A stretch of DNA of 64,000 bases from Octopus bimaculoides (taxonomy: Eukaryota): NCBI RefSeq assembly GCF_001194135.2, contig NC_068984.1, positions 16,420,895 to 16,484,894 on the forward strand, in the 5' to 3' direction. The notes below the pieces were generated by a model. That model did no database searches. It had not been told where the DNA came from and saw nothing but the letters and a program-made list of their open reading frames with translations. Positions 1 to 13,110 of this stretch are shown here, one piece after another (position 1 is the stretch's first letter; every line of letters begins with the position of its first letter). The translations under genes and the position numbers were made by a program.

Positions 1-77
1 GACTTGATGAACTGGATAGGAATGTGAATTTGTTTTTATACCATTTTGATCCTTTTATAATGACCACGCTACACAAG

Positions 78-525
78 CACATACACGCATACACACACAC
101 GCACACACGCACACGAGCATGGACAAGCACGCGCGAATACGCACGCACACCCATACATACACACGCACCTCGAAGATCAGTGAAACAAACGCATCTACCT
201 ACCTATCTACATACGGAGTTACATAATTTCACATACATGTATACACATGTCTACCTTCATAGTTATGTGCAAGCATAAATACGCAGATAATGACAACAGG
301 TACATAGAGACAGAAAGATCGATCGATCGATCGATCGATCGATTGATATTTACATACATAAATACGTACATACGTGCATACAAACACGCATACATTTATT
401 TATTTATTTATACATACACACATACACATATACCCACAAAAGATACATTAGTGCCCGACACAGACAGACAGGTATTCAGACAGACAAGCAAGCAGACAGA
501 CAGGTATTCAGACAGACAAGCAAGC

Positions 526-556
<31 letters not shown>

Positions 557-1045
557 GAAGGAAAGAAAGGCTACTCATCTGATATACGCTTGCATAATAC
601 GTAGATAACTGCAAACACATACACGCATACACACACATATATGCATACATACATACATACATACATACATACATAGAAGTACACATACGTCTAGGCATAC
701 ACAAATATATACATACATACATGCATGCACACACACATACACACATGTATATACATACCTGCATGCATACATACACACATACACACACACTTACACCCAT
801 ATACACATACATACATGCATACACACATACATACATACATTCATACATACATACATGCATAGAAATATACATACATCTAGGCATACATAAATACATACAC
901 ACATACACACATATACATACATGCATACACACACATACATATTACATGCATGCATACATACTTGCATACACACATACACATATACATACACACATACATA
1001 CATACATACCAACACACACATACATACACACATACATACATCATG
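78..1045. repeat. Compound microsatellite field (CA, TACA, GACA, GATC units)
   Basis: Directly visible short tandem units; explains the HT/YI/VC-rich ORFs in the track. Confidence 0.95.
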
Positions 1046-1263
1046 AAGAGAGCGTCATCTCGAAGGGGCCTCTACGTAGTTGCATGACACGAAAAGCTGC
1101 AGCCAAATCGCCCTTCAATAAAACAGAACACATTGACATTAGGTAATTTGGTCGTAGATACACCCAACCTAAATATAATACCTATTGGTCATGACTAGAA
1201 CACAGTTGATCATAAATTTGCGTGGTCAGTACAGACCAGAGGTTGAACTATAACATCTTTAAT

Positions 1264-1585
1264 CAGTGGTGGACTGAGTCTAAAAATATTGGTTGCCAGG
1301 AGACTAAGGGGGCCCACTCACAACTACAAGGGGGACCCACCCGCAACTACAATGCTATCATTTATTTATTTATTCATTTATTTGTTAAAAGTATTCTTTT
1401 CAACTGTCCACAAACACTGCCAGGCTGAAATAATTAATGCATTCTTCCAGGAGTGAATAAAAAATTCTCAAACTTGAGGGGATGGGCCCCTTAGATACTA
1501 ACATGGGCCCCCCATATATTGATTCTAATGGCGCAGGGGCCCACTTGCCATCGGGCAAGCTGGCAACGTGGCCAGTCTTCCACTG
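1264..1585. mobile_element. hAT-type MITE
   Basis: Imperfect TIRs CAGTGGTGGACTG / CAGTCTTCCACTG with a perfect 8-bp TSD TCTTTAAT (1256-1263, 1586-1593). An 8-bp TSD is the hAT hallmark. Confidence 0.85.
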
Positions 1586-1711
1586 TCTTTAATTATTTTT
1601 GTCATTTACTCCACCCGTAATGGTTAGTTTCTCATTCCTTCGCTCCTTCATTTATATTTTTCGATTCGCTCGACCTAGTTCTAGGTTCGATCCCATTGCG
1701 CGACACTTGGT

Positions 1712-2076
1712 ACGTCTTGTTTCAGTCAGTAGATGGTGACCATACTGGGGTACTGCCTTGAAGAATTTTTAGCCGAATGAATCGACCCCGGCACTTTCTT
1801 TTCTTCTTTTTTTTTTTTTTNNNNNNNNNNTTTTTTTTTTTTTTGTTAAAGCCAGGTACTTAGCCAATCGGTCTCTTTTTGCTAAACCGCTAAGTTACGA
1901 GGAAGTGAACAAACCAACACCTGTTGTCAAGTGATGATTGTTCAAGACAAACCATACACACTCACACACAAATACTCACACTCACACACGCACAAACACA
2001 CACATATACATACATATATGAACCCGGAACCATTTGGTTGGAAAGCAAACTTCTTACCAAGCAGCCACGCCTGCGC
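1712..2076 (-). mobile_element. SINE family B (tRNA head, CORE-like segment, central microsatellite, 3' tail), decayed
   Basis: Reverse complement matches the B copy at 26214-26643 (GGCTG..GGTAAGAAG..GGTTCCGGGTT head; CTTAGCGGTTTAGCAAAAAGAGACCGAT tail). Confidence 0.75.
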
Positions 2077-2082
2077 TATGTG

Positions 2083-2445
<363 letters not shown>

Positions 2446-2783
2446 CAGTATCATTTTGGTTAATGACTTCCAAGTGGGATTTAGTGAGCGAAAAGCATAG
2501 AGAAGCCCGTCGGACAGGCGGCCATGAATTAATCCGGTAGGATTGATTATAAGCGCTGGAGCAAGGTCATGCTAAATCCTTTTTGTAATGCTCCAAGGAA
2601 GCTTTGTGCACGGCGAAGAAAGACACCACAAGCGAAACATGGGTTGACGGTCTTCACTTTGTATCTGATCGACAAAATTATACACGAGCCTGCATCAAGA
2701 AGCGAGTATGAAATATATGTAGGTGTGATAACATGTGTATATATGTGTATTTATTTATGTCTATCTACCAATAACTCCCATTC

Positions 2784-2831
<48 letters not shown>

Positions 2832-2882
2832 CATATACACATAAATATATAGATAGATATAATGTATATGTATAAAATAGAC

Positions 2883-2927
<45 letters not shown>

Positions 2928-2945
2928 AAGATAGATAGATAGATA
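2784..2945. repeat. (TC)n and (GATA)n microsatellites
   Basis: Directly visible. Confidence 0.95.
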
Positions 2946-3867
2946 TGGAAAGTGGTAAGCATGTATTATATATTTGCATACATATGCGCATACACACACC
3001 AACACATACAGCATATTTCCATATTTTCATGTAAAATATGTTGTAAGTATGTATTACTATAGACTGAATTAATATGAGCCACTTGCGTTAGAACAAATAT
3101 TCATTCAGCGAACGAGCGTGGGCGGATGGCTGACTGGTTAACAGCGTCTATCTAATAAATATTTTTACGATATTTGTTTTAAGTTCAAACCTCACCTATG
3201 TCAGCTTTATCATTGATTCCAATTCCACCGGAGTCGATGAAAAAAAGCATTGGCACTGATTTCGTTCCCCCTTCTTTCTCTCACTCTCTGGCAATCGGCT
3301 GCACTGTGAGTGAGTCGGTCATTCACAATAAGCCTTTCGTCGAAGACAATCTCTTATTTTATAAATAGAAGAATTTAGTCGCCAAGGCTTAAACAAAACT
3401 ATGGCTGATGATGATGATGATGATGATTATAATGGCGGAGTGATGGAAATGACGGCGAAAATAATCCGAATTTATGTGATTGGAATTATTTCCCGAACGG
3501 AGTCGGATTGATTAGAGAGTCCGAAGAAATAACAAGGTGGGTGTTATTAAGTTCGTAGTTGATGGTCATCACGGAATTATATGTGTTCTCAGAGACCCGT
3601 TTTCGATTCTCATTTGAAAATGTTTTAACCATAATTCGGTTGTAAATATATCTATGTGATTCGTTGCAAAAAACCTTTGCTTGATCGGTTCTTCTTTCAG
3701 AGATGGCTCACTGATTTCTCTCAAAGCACACCCTACTGTTTTAAAAAAGGAAGAATACGCTGGATAATGTAGTCCTTGATATATGATAATCGGGGTCAGA
3801 TTAAGACGACCTATAGAGGCCATCAACACTTAAAAGATTTTGGTGCCCCCCCCCCCCGCCATATATA

Positions 3868-3898
<31 letters not shown>

Positions 3899-4353
3899 TT
3901 TAAAATATAAACAATTGCAAACCATAAAATTAATTTTTATTTTTCAAAATGAAACAACACTAGCAGTAAGATGGAAAATAATATTTATGTTTGTATTCTT
4001 CCACTTTATTTATATTTGAAAATTTTTCTCCTACATTTTTTTATTTTTAATAGCAATATCTTTGATCAAGATCCTCAATATGATATCATGAACACTTTGA
4101 AATTATATTTCCGATCATGTAAACCACTTCAGATATTATTTTAGCAAACTTAAAGTGATTTCTTTTGTACCGTAAACCATTTACCCTTTCTTTGATACCC
4201 TAAGCATGTGTTTATTTTGTTTAATGGTTAATCCAGCGCTGTACACGATGTCGTAAATAAAAGATGGGCGCTCGTAATTAGAACATCTATGATCATGTAT
4301 CTTCCGAGTTCAGCAACAACAACCTTTAAAATATGAATGCTTACTCTCTGAAC

Positions 4354-4682
4354 CAGACTTTCTCAACTATTTTTTACCTAGGGATCCTTCTGATCCCTAT
4401 TTTAATCAGATGAACCTTTCTAGCCTTTCGATGTTTAAAAAAAATCATATTATATTTTTTGTAATTAAATATTATTAGGAATCATGTAAAACATTCGTTG
4501 AAATATCTTGTGTATTGTAGAAGTTGAACCAATTTATTGTTGATAAATTTTGATCACTCAAAATTTTAGTCACCATATAGTCACTCAATGGTCATATGGA
4601 CCCCCCCCCCCAAGGACCATATGGAGCCCTAAGGGTCATATGGACCTTCAAGGTCCATACGGAGCCCGGTTGAGAACTACTG
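4354..4682. mobile_element. hAT (Charlie-like) MITE, decayed
   Basis: Ends CAGACTTTCTCAAC / GGTTGAGAACTACTG resemble CAGTGGTTCTCAACC-type TIRs; flanks CTCTGAAC / CTCTAAAT match at 6 of 8. Confidence 0.6.
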
Positions 4683-4708
4683 CTCTAAATAGAAACGAAA
4701 AGGAAATA

Positions 4709-5185
4709 CCGTAAATCCTCGAGTATAATCCGCATTTTTTTACCAAAATTTAAAGGTCAAAATCCCTAGTGCGTACTACATGCGAGGTTAAAAATGAAAA
4801 ATATTTTCTAAGCAATGTCCGAGTCTCTATTTGCTATCCGGCAATGTTTATTCAGACGCATTTTGTGATGTCGGGCTTGTAACTGATAGTGATAAATATG
4901 TGAAAGGCAATTTACTTAATATTTATTTTTCACTGTTATTTCTTTATTTTCTGCAAACAAAGTGCACAAAAAAGCTACACGTTTGCATTATGCTATATAT
5001 ACAATGATAATAAAGGACGTTACCGTATATATGTTTACAAACCAAGGACGTTATACAGACCTCCTTGACTCAAGTTAGAGAAGGGATGCGTATTATACAC
5101 AAGGTTTAGGTTTTTCAGGGGTACAGCCCCTTAAAAATCCCCTGCGTATTATACTCAAGGGCGGACTATACTCGAGGATTTACGG
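4709..5185. mobile_element. Tc1/mariner-superfamily (pogo/Tigger-like) MITE
   Basis: 25-bp TIRs CCGTAAATCCTCGAGTATA(A/G)TCCGC with one mismatch; TA on both flanks. Confidence 0.88.
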
Positions 5186-5959
5186 TACTAAAACGTGGAC
5201 ATATAATCTCTTCGATTTAGTTGTTTTGAAGGTTTTAATACTCGAATCTCATTTGAATCAAACATGTACTGAGGAACTGCAGGTTCACATCTAATCACTG
5301 ACATTACATTACATCCAGAGCAAGCACAAAATATCTCTAGTTTTTCTGATTTCAGACTAAATTTATCAAGTACAGAAAAAGAGGAAGAGAACAATCAGAT
5401 CTTGTTAGGTACTTAGCAAAATGTAAGAGCAACCCCCAAGTTGAAATTACGGCATATCGGAAAATTACGATTAAAACGATTTCAGGTTTACCTACATTAC
5501 TAATATTTTTTCAGGGATGCATAAGTTCTTGTGTTCCATTCCCTTTTTTCTAACGTGTAGAACATTTGGATTTTCTGCGTAATGAAAATAGATCGAAATA
5601 CAGGTAATAAATATGTAAATCACACACACACGCTTAAGCGTGCGCGCGCACAAATAAATATACACAGATATACACACACATATATATGTGTGTATATCTT
5701 TATCCATTTATATGCGTATATGTGTGCGCGCTTGTATGTGTGTGCGTGTGTGTAATTATTTATGTGTGTATGTATTTGTGTGCGTGCGTGTGTGTAATTA
5801 TTTATCTATGTGTACGTATAAAAGAACGAGTATAACTTGTTAACATGTACCATGTTCCACGCTATACGCGTTCGCGTGCGACGGAGATCACCCACCCGAC
5901 TCTAGTGACACATCTAGTATGAGACAATACAGATCGTAACAGATATTGCGAGCTGCGCC

Positions 5960-6112
5960 AGCATTCCGGCCAGTATACAATTTTAGCCGAGTGGACTGGG
6001 ACAGTCGGAACTGAAGTGCTTTTCTTTAATACCACAATGTGCCGTCCGGTTCAGGAATTGAACCTACGACGGTATGATCGTGAACCGAACATCGTAACCA
6101 CTAGGCCACGCA
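5960..6112 (-). mobile_element. SINE family E head, decayed
   Basis: Reverse complement GGTGCGTGGCCTAGTGGTTA...GTAGGTTCAATTCC has Pol III A and B boxes; similar to 7388-7630. Confidence 0.6.
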
Positions 6113-6329
6113 CCATCACACACACGCACGCGCGCGCATGTGTGTGTGTGTGTATGTGTGTAATGTTGCCTTCATATTTTGGCACAAGGCCAGTAATTTC
6201 TGGAGAAGGAGTAAGCTGGTTACATTGACTCAATTAGTACTTATTTCGGTGATCCCTAAAGGATGAAAAGCAAAGTCGACCTTGGTGGAATTTGAACTTC
6301 GAATGTAACGACGGACAAAATATCCTTTT

Positions 6330-6538
6330 CTACTCTAGGCAGCAGGCCCGAAATTTTGGGGGAAGGAGCTAGTCGATTAGATCGACTCAGTATGCAGCTG
6401 GTACTTAATTCATCGACCCCGAAAAGATGAAAGGCAAAGTCGACCTCGGCGAATTTGAACTCAGAACGTAAAGACTGACGAAATACCGCTAAGGATTCCC
6501 TCCGGTGTGCTGACATTTCAGCCAGCTCGCTGCCTTAT
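6330..6538 (-). mobile_element. SINE family A (tRNA head, GTCGACTTTGCCTTTCATCC core, type-2 tail)
   Basis: Matches 60930-61149; a second partial A copy lies at about 6170-6330. Confidence 0.85.
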
Positions 6539-6914
6539 TTGGTGGTTGGCACTCCGTCGCTTACGACGACGAGGGTTCCAGTTGATCCGATCAACGGAAC
6601 AGCCTGCTCATGAAATTAACGTGCAAGTGGCTGAGCACTCCACAGACACGTGTACCCTTAACGTAATTCTCGGGGATATTCAACGTGACGCAGAGTGTGG
6701 CAAGGCTGGACCTTTGAATTACAGGCACAACAGAAACAGGAAGTAAGAGTGAGAGAAAGTTGTGGTGAAAGAGTTCAGCAGGGTTCGCCACCATCCCCTG
6801 CCGGAGCCTTGTGGAGCTTTTAGGTGTTTTCGCTCAATAAACACTCACAACGCTCGGTCCGGGAATCGAAACCGCGAGTCCGCTGCCCTAACCACTGGGC
6901 CATTGCGCCTCCAC
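6539..6914 (-). mobile_element. SINE family C, near full length, 10-bp TSD
   Basis: Head GTGGAGGCGCAATGGCCCAGTGGTTAGGGCAGCGGACTCGCG; tail GATCGGATCAACTGGAACCCTCGTCGTCGTAAGCGACGGAGTGCCAAC; TSD GCTGCCTTAT at 6529-6538 and 6915-6924. Confidence 0.9.
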
Positions 6915-7387
6915 GCTGCCTTATCTGCATCTAACATTACGTTCCTATTTTAACGGTCGAAGTATTTTCATTCCATTTTTCTTCCTCTTTTTTGCGTTTA
7001 TTGAGTTTGTCCTTCTTCATAAAGTTGGTTCTATCGTCATTTTACAGTTTGGACGAATTCGATCTTAATTTTTGCGCGTTAACAGTGTTTATTCTGAACT
7101 GAACTTAAAACCCCTTTGTCCATAATCCATTCCATTTAATCAGCTCTTTCAATGACAAAAGTAGGTTCTTTTGTAAATTTATAAATAAATTTTCTTTTCT
7201 GGAACTTGAAAGGCACGCAAATAATAACATCGTTAATCTATTTTCATTGAATGCGAAATAGATTTCTCACATCGTTGTTTGTTTATATATTTTTTAAATT
7301 CCATAGAAGGAAATAAATTGTATAAAATTCAGATTTTAACCAACATCGCTCAATGGAAGAGGTGATTGTATACGTGGGGAGGAGAGG

Positions 7388-7630
7388 GGGACGCATGGCC
7401 TAGTGGTTAGGGTGTTGCACTCACGATCGCGAAATCGTGGTTTCAGTTCTTATACCGGGGCGGGAGTGCATCGTTTTCTTGAGCAAAACACTTGATCTCA
7501 CGTTGATCTGCGATCACTTCAACATCTGACTCGTGGCACATCGTGCACCCGTTCAGACAACATCGATTTGATGGAGGGAGTGAGCTAATGTACAGCACAT
7601 GCGTTTTCGACGGGAGAGTCCATCGTGTGT
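7388..7630 (+). mobile_element. SINE family E
   Basis: GGACGCATGGCCTAGTGGTTAGGGTGTTGCACTCACGATCGC head; CTTGAGCAAAACACTT CORE-like segment; related to 61775-61945. Confidence 0.7.
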
Positions 7631-7731
7631 GTATATATTATTTAGTAATAGTTTGATTCGGTTCTATGCAACTTTCGTGGACTCGTAATATGTGCACATG
7701 GGCGTGTACATATTAATCGTAGTTATGTTTC

Positions 7732-7959
7732 TTATTTCTTTATTGCCCACAAGGGGCTAAATATAGAGGGGATAAACAAGGACAGACAAAGGGATTAAGT
7801 CGATTACATCGACCCCAGTGCGTAACTGGTACTTAATTTATCGATCCCGAAAGGATGAAAGGCAAAGTTGACCTAAGCGGAATTTGAACTCAGAACGTAA
7901 CGGCAGACGAAATACCGCTAAGCATTTCGCCCGGCGTGCTAACGTTTCTGCCAGCTCGC
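7732..7959 (-). mobile_element. SINE family A with type-1 tail
   Basis: Tail (reverse complement) TTTGTCTGTCCTTGTTTATCCCCTCTATATTTAGCCCCTTGTGGGCAATAAAGAAATAA; body matches 49375-49612. Confidence 0.9.
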
Positions 7960-9276
7960 AGTTATGTTTCGTCATTGATGAACAATTTCTCATTTGCGAC
8001 GACTGTGTGTTCATAGCACATTCGACTCATTAGCGCAAGGGATGCTGGGACACCTGGCGTTTCGACATCGCTGTGTCTCATCAGTCATATGCATATATGT
8101 ATTTATATACATATATTGATTCATGTACGTTTTCGTGTATGTTTCTATGTAAGTATGTATGCGCGTATACACACTCGCATACATACATACATACATACAT
8201 ACATACATGGTGGTGGTTGCCTACTCCTTATGCAAATTTTGACCACCTCCTGTACCTACACCTTAGAACCATCATTGCATCTGATGTGGCTTTTAAAACC
8301 AGACAATGTTCTCAAAAAGCGCCCACATAGATTGCATATCTGATTTGGACCACCAAGAGCTGCTGATAAGTTCTGATCTTTGTGGATCTTAAAATGTCTT
8401 TTGAGACCTCCGTTAGATTTTCAAACCTTCTGGTATACATTGGATTCAAATGTGTGCACAGACACATAGACAGAAAATATACATACATACATACATTCAT
8501 ACATACATACATACATACATACATACATACATACATACATACATACATACATACAAATATACACGTGTCTGTATAAGCAATAATTAAAACGAACGAGAAT
8601 ATGGAGACTGTTACATCCTCAAAATCTATTTCCTTCATTTCACAATGTTATACAGCATATTTTTATGGTGACGACGACCTACACGTTACAAGTTGGTCAC
8701 TTTCTTTGTCTGCAAATCGTAGCTTTTTGAGATCGTCACTTAAACATTTATAATACAGTTAAGTGCACTTACGATTATTTGTATAAATGTGGTTTTATAA
8801 TCAGCTTTAGAAATCTGCAGTTTTCGACGTAGTTGTCTATAAATATTTTCCTTTTCACAAATTAAAAATTGTTCACGTCTGCAGGACAGCTGACCTCTAC
8901 GATTGTAGATGATTGCATATAATCATGCGTGCATGCATCCGTACATGCAGGCATACATACATACATACATACATACATACATACATACATACATAGTTAT
9001 GAGGACGTAAACACACCGACATCGGCTATCAAGCGATGGTGGGAGAAAACACAGATACACAAACACACACATATACATGTGATCGTTGAGATTTACAGCC
9101 TCAGCTCGCCTGGAAGTGTTAGCAGTACAGAAAAGATTCGGGATACTCAGCCGCAGTCTTTTGCTTAACACTTTAGCATTTAAATTACTCTTTCAAATAT
9201 GATGCTTGTTTATTTACATTGGCACGGATTAATCACACACCATCTAGTTAGCACCTTCGAGAATTCAATGATATGA

Positions 9277-9648
9277 TTATTACCTCCGCCTTCGTTAAGG
9301 CGGAGGTATTGTTTTCAGTTGTGTTTGTTTGTCCATGGACAAGATATCTCAAGAACCTCTGTATGGATTCGAATGAAACTTTCAGGGATGTTTGGCCTCA
9401 TGACTGGCACGAACTGATTAGATTGTGTCCTTGAGGATTGATCTGGTACTGGACAAGGATTCTGGATTATTTTTCCGATGTTTCTACTTAATTTTTGAGA
9501 GTGGTCGGGTTCATTTGTAGTTTCCTCGTTTGTGAGAGCAGTCGAGATTATTTAAGATATTTTCATTTTAAAAATCATCCCTGGCTAATCGTTGAGAGGA
9601 CGTTGGTGTTGCCTTGGCGGATGTTTGCGTTCTCTGAGTGCTCTTGTT
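9277..9648 (+). mobile_element. Helentron-associated non-autonomous element (HINE/DINE-like)
   Basis: 5' perfect hairpin TACCTCCGCCTT-CGTT-AAGGCGGAGGTA (9281-9308); 3' inverted sub-TIR CCTTGGCGGATGT followed by a short hairpin GCGTTCTCTGAGTGC and a T-rich end. This is the established HINE layout. Confidence 0.65.
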
Positions 9649-10152
9649 TATTTTTAGAATGACGTTGCGATGTAGATGTCAGAGGCTGGATCTAGGTGAT
9701 TTAAACATAAAGCAGGTAGAATATATGGGCCGGATATAGCCGATTTAGAAACCTGAACGGAGGACGGCAACATTAATCGATTAAATCGACCCTAATACTT
9801 GACCGATACTTTATTTTATTAAATTTCGAAAGGATGTATGGGTAAGTTGAACTCAATTGGATTTAAACTCAGAACATAAAGAACCAAAATAAAACACCAG
9901 AAGGCATTTTGTCCAACTATTCTAATGGTTCTGCCAGTAGCGTAGCTGGGTTGGAGTAGAGTGGCCGGTCTTTTCAGGGTGACGCTTTTATGGTTGGGGT
10001 AACATTTTTGGGTCTACTGTATAACTCTGTAGGCAGATGAGCCCTAGGAAGTGTACGGCAAACTCGAAAGCTGCCTTAGGTGGTACACGTTCTTGTTACG
10101 TCACTGAATTCTACCAATACAGGCTTTAGACATTTAGAACATAGATGTATTT

Positions 10153-10460
10153 GAAGCCGCTTGGCTTAGTGGTTACTCGGCTCACGACTGCAATGTCGTG
10201 AGTTTGATACCCAGCAGCGCGTTGTGTCTTTGAGCAAGACACTTTAATTCATGTTACTCCAGTCCACTCATCTGGCAAAAACGAGTTGTGCATGTAGTTC
10301 AAAGGGCCATCCTTCTGTGTCAGATTGAATTTCTCTGAGAACAACGTTAATGTTACGCTTGTTTGTGGAGTGTTCAGCCACTTGCACGTTAATTTCACGA
10401 GTAAGCTGTTCCGTAGATCGGAACAGCTGGAAACCATCATCGTAACCGACGGAATACCAG
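10153..10460 (+). mobile_element. Chimeric SINE: family-E head with family-C 3' half
   Basis: Head GCTTGGCTTAGTGGTTA...CTTTGAGCAAGACACTT; tail GGAGTGTTCAGCCACTTGCACGTTAATTTCACGAG...GTAACCGACGGAATACCA matches C. Confidence 0.7.
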
Positions 10461-10944
10461 TTAGTTATGTCTTTGACAAGTGCCCCTTACATTTAATATT
10501 TTGCTTTTATATTCTTATCACTTTTCTATATGCAAAACAGACTTGTCGATCTACTAAGGGAATTTCTAAGAAGTCGTCCATCTCAAAGGAATTTGTTCAG
10601 TGCAAACGCAAATCCTCTTGAGATTATCTCATGGGGATTTGAAGGAACCAGATAAAGAAACACTTGGGTAACAATGATCTCACGGAACAAGGTATTGGAC
10701 TAACAACTCCTAAGGCTTTCTGTTCAAATCCACTACACTAAAGTGTTTCAGTATATGAACCATTTCTGTACAAGAATGGTCAGTACGGTTACATACCCGG
10801 TGAAAGATACCGCTATGGTCAAATACCTAACTGCTCATCAGAATAGTTAGAGCGTGAGAACTTTTTTTCATTTTGAAATAAGATCAAATGTTACAGTTAA
10901 ATGATAAGGTACAATATATTTATGGTATTTATTTAATCGACTGC

Positions 10945-11178
10945 TTATCTTTTATCTTTTACTCGTTTCAGTTATTAGACTGAGGCCATGCTGGGGCATC
11001 GCTTTGGAGAACTTTTAGTCGAATGAATCGATCCCGGTACTTTTTTAAAGTCTGGTACTTATTTTATTGATTACTTTTGCCAAACCGCTAAGTTACGGGG
11101 ACATAAAAACATAACACCGGTTGTCAAGCAATAGTGGGGACAAACACAGATAAAAAGGCACACACACAGATACATACA

Positions 11179-11236
<58 letters not shown>

Positions 11237-11598
11237 CAATGTTAATTCTCTAAATGAAGTATTAACAGTAACTGCACGATAAAGTGTAGTATATTGCCAC
11301 TTAAGTGTGGCTGACCCCTAGGGGTGGATGTTACTGTTGCTTTTAGCCCCAGGAGGACATCTCCTCCAGCTGGCTTATCGACACACGACTGTGTCCTGTT
11401 TGCCAAGGGAGTTATCCCTCTCACCACGACCAGCCTATATATATAGGCCCGGCTTCTTTCAGTTTCCGTCTACCAATTCCACTCACAAGGCTTTGGTCAG
11501 TCCAAGGCTATAGTAAAAGGCACTTACCCAAGGTGCCACGAAGTAGGGCTGAACCCAGAACCATGTAGTTGGGAAGCAAGCCTCATACCATGCAGCTA
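10945..11598 (-). mobile_element. SINE family B with a ~200-bp foreign insert in its central microsatellite
   Basis: Tail 10945-11160, (TACA)n(TA)n, insert 11236-11436, head 11445-11598. Confidence 0.75.
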
Positions 11599-12469
11599 AT
11601 CGTTAGCACCTGCTTTATTTCTTGAGCCCTAGGATTCATAAGACCGGTTATCCTGTTTCCATGATCACAACAATCCATCTGAAGAGGACGCCGGTCCGTT
11701 GTAGGACTCAAGGCCAAGAATTTTTATGGGGAGGGGGACAAGTCGATTGCATCAACTCCAGTACTTGATTGGTATTTTATTTCTTCGACTGCAAAGAGAT
11801 GAAAAGCAAAGTAGACTTCGGCGGGATTTGAACTCAGGGCGTAAAGAACCAGAAGAAATCCCACTAAGCATTTTGTCTGTTGTGCTAACGATTCTGCTAG
11901 TTCATTGTCTTGCGGCATTTAGTTACAAACCTTTACGTTCTAAGATCCAATCCATTCGGGATCAACTTTACCTTTCATCCTCTAGGTGATTGAGATATAA
12001 AACACCAGGCCGTTACTGTGTTGATTTATATCCCTATAACGCATTCTAGATATTAATGGAATGGTAAAAGAAGACTCTAAGAGTTACTTAGTAAGATGAA
12101 AGTAAAAACTGAAAACGGTTTTTGGCAATCAAATTTTTCTTTAGATTCCTTCTACATCCATTATTATTGACCTAGATCTCTTAATTATACTAAAATACTT
12201 CATTCCACTTGCTTGGATTCTTGGCAAAATATAAAAATGAAATTCTCTTTTACTACTAGATTCGTTGCTCAATTTACAACGCAAATAATTTTCATCATAT
12301 ACATAATATTCTATCTGGTTATGTTTTTCATCCATTAAAAAAAATGCCAAGTTGTGACGTCAGAGAAACTGCCGATGCCCACATTCGTGTATATGCGCAG
12401 ATACAAAAGGTAGACGAATATAAACGTGTACACACTTACAAATCTAAAGAGGGCGTTAGATAGTCAGCC

Positions 12470-12509
12470 AGACAGACAGACGGAGAGACAGGTGGACTGA
12501 GAGAGAGAA

Positions 12510-12594
<85 letters not shown>

Positions 12595-12595
12595 C
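12470..12595. repeat. (GACA)n(GATA)n microsatellite
   Basis: Directly visible. Confidence 0.95.
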
Positions 12596-12919
12596 AGCGA
12601 AGCTTGCTGTCAAATCGAGAAGTCGGAACCAATATCAGAATTCGTTTAGTTACTTTACTTTATATATATATAACAACGCTATCTTCGGGAAAGGTATGAA
12701 TGTCACAGTTACTCTTTCAGCTAGCTTCACACCAAGCCTAATCATAATTATGAACCATTCTGATTAATAATTATCAATAGTTGATTCATTACGTTTGCAA
12801 GATGAATTTATTTATGTATTCAAATTATTACGTACACCCCCACATCACACACAAAAGTCTCACGCAGGTAACATAATGCAGACGCATAACGTAAGGCAAA
12901 CACAAAGAGACACTAAATG

Positions 12920-13110
12920 CTAGAAATAACAGTTAAATCTCCTTCGAATTTCACTTTACCGTCTTAAAAAGAAGAGCATTGAATAATGAAGTCGTGGATA
13001 CACTATGTTTGGAAACAAAAGACGCGATGGTCAGGGTTGGTTCGTCTTTGGTGATAAGGTTGCTCTATCATGATTGACCTGGGAGCTAAACGACAACAAT
13101 AATAATTTAT
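12920..13110 (+). repeat. Unclassified interspersed repeat (related copies at about 1060-1250 and 3700-3790)
   Basis: Shared string resembling GCAGCCAAATCTCC..CAAA..ACCCTAC.GT.TTAAAAA..GGATAATGTAGTC; this copy ends in an (AAC/AAT)-rich tail. Confidence 0.45.

Noticed and set aside
5356-5408. Candidate 53-nt internal exon (good acceptor, two open frames)
   Set aside because: No recognisable protein similarity and a weak donor; needs RNA-seq.
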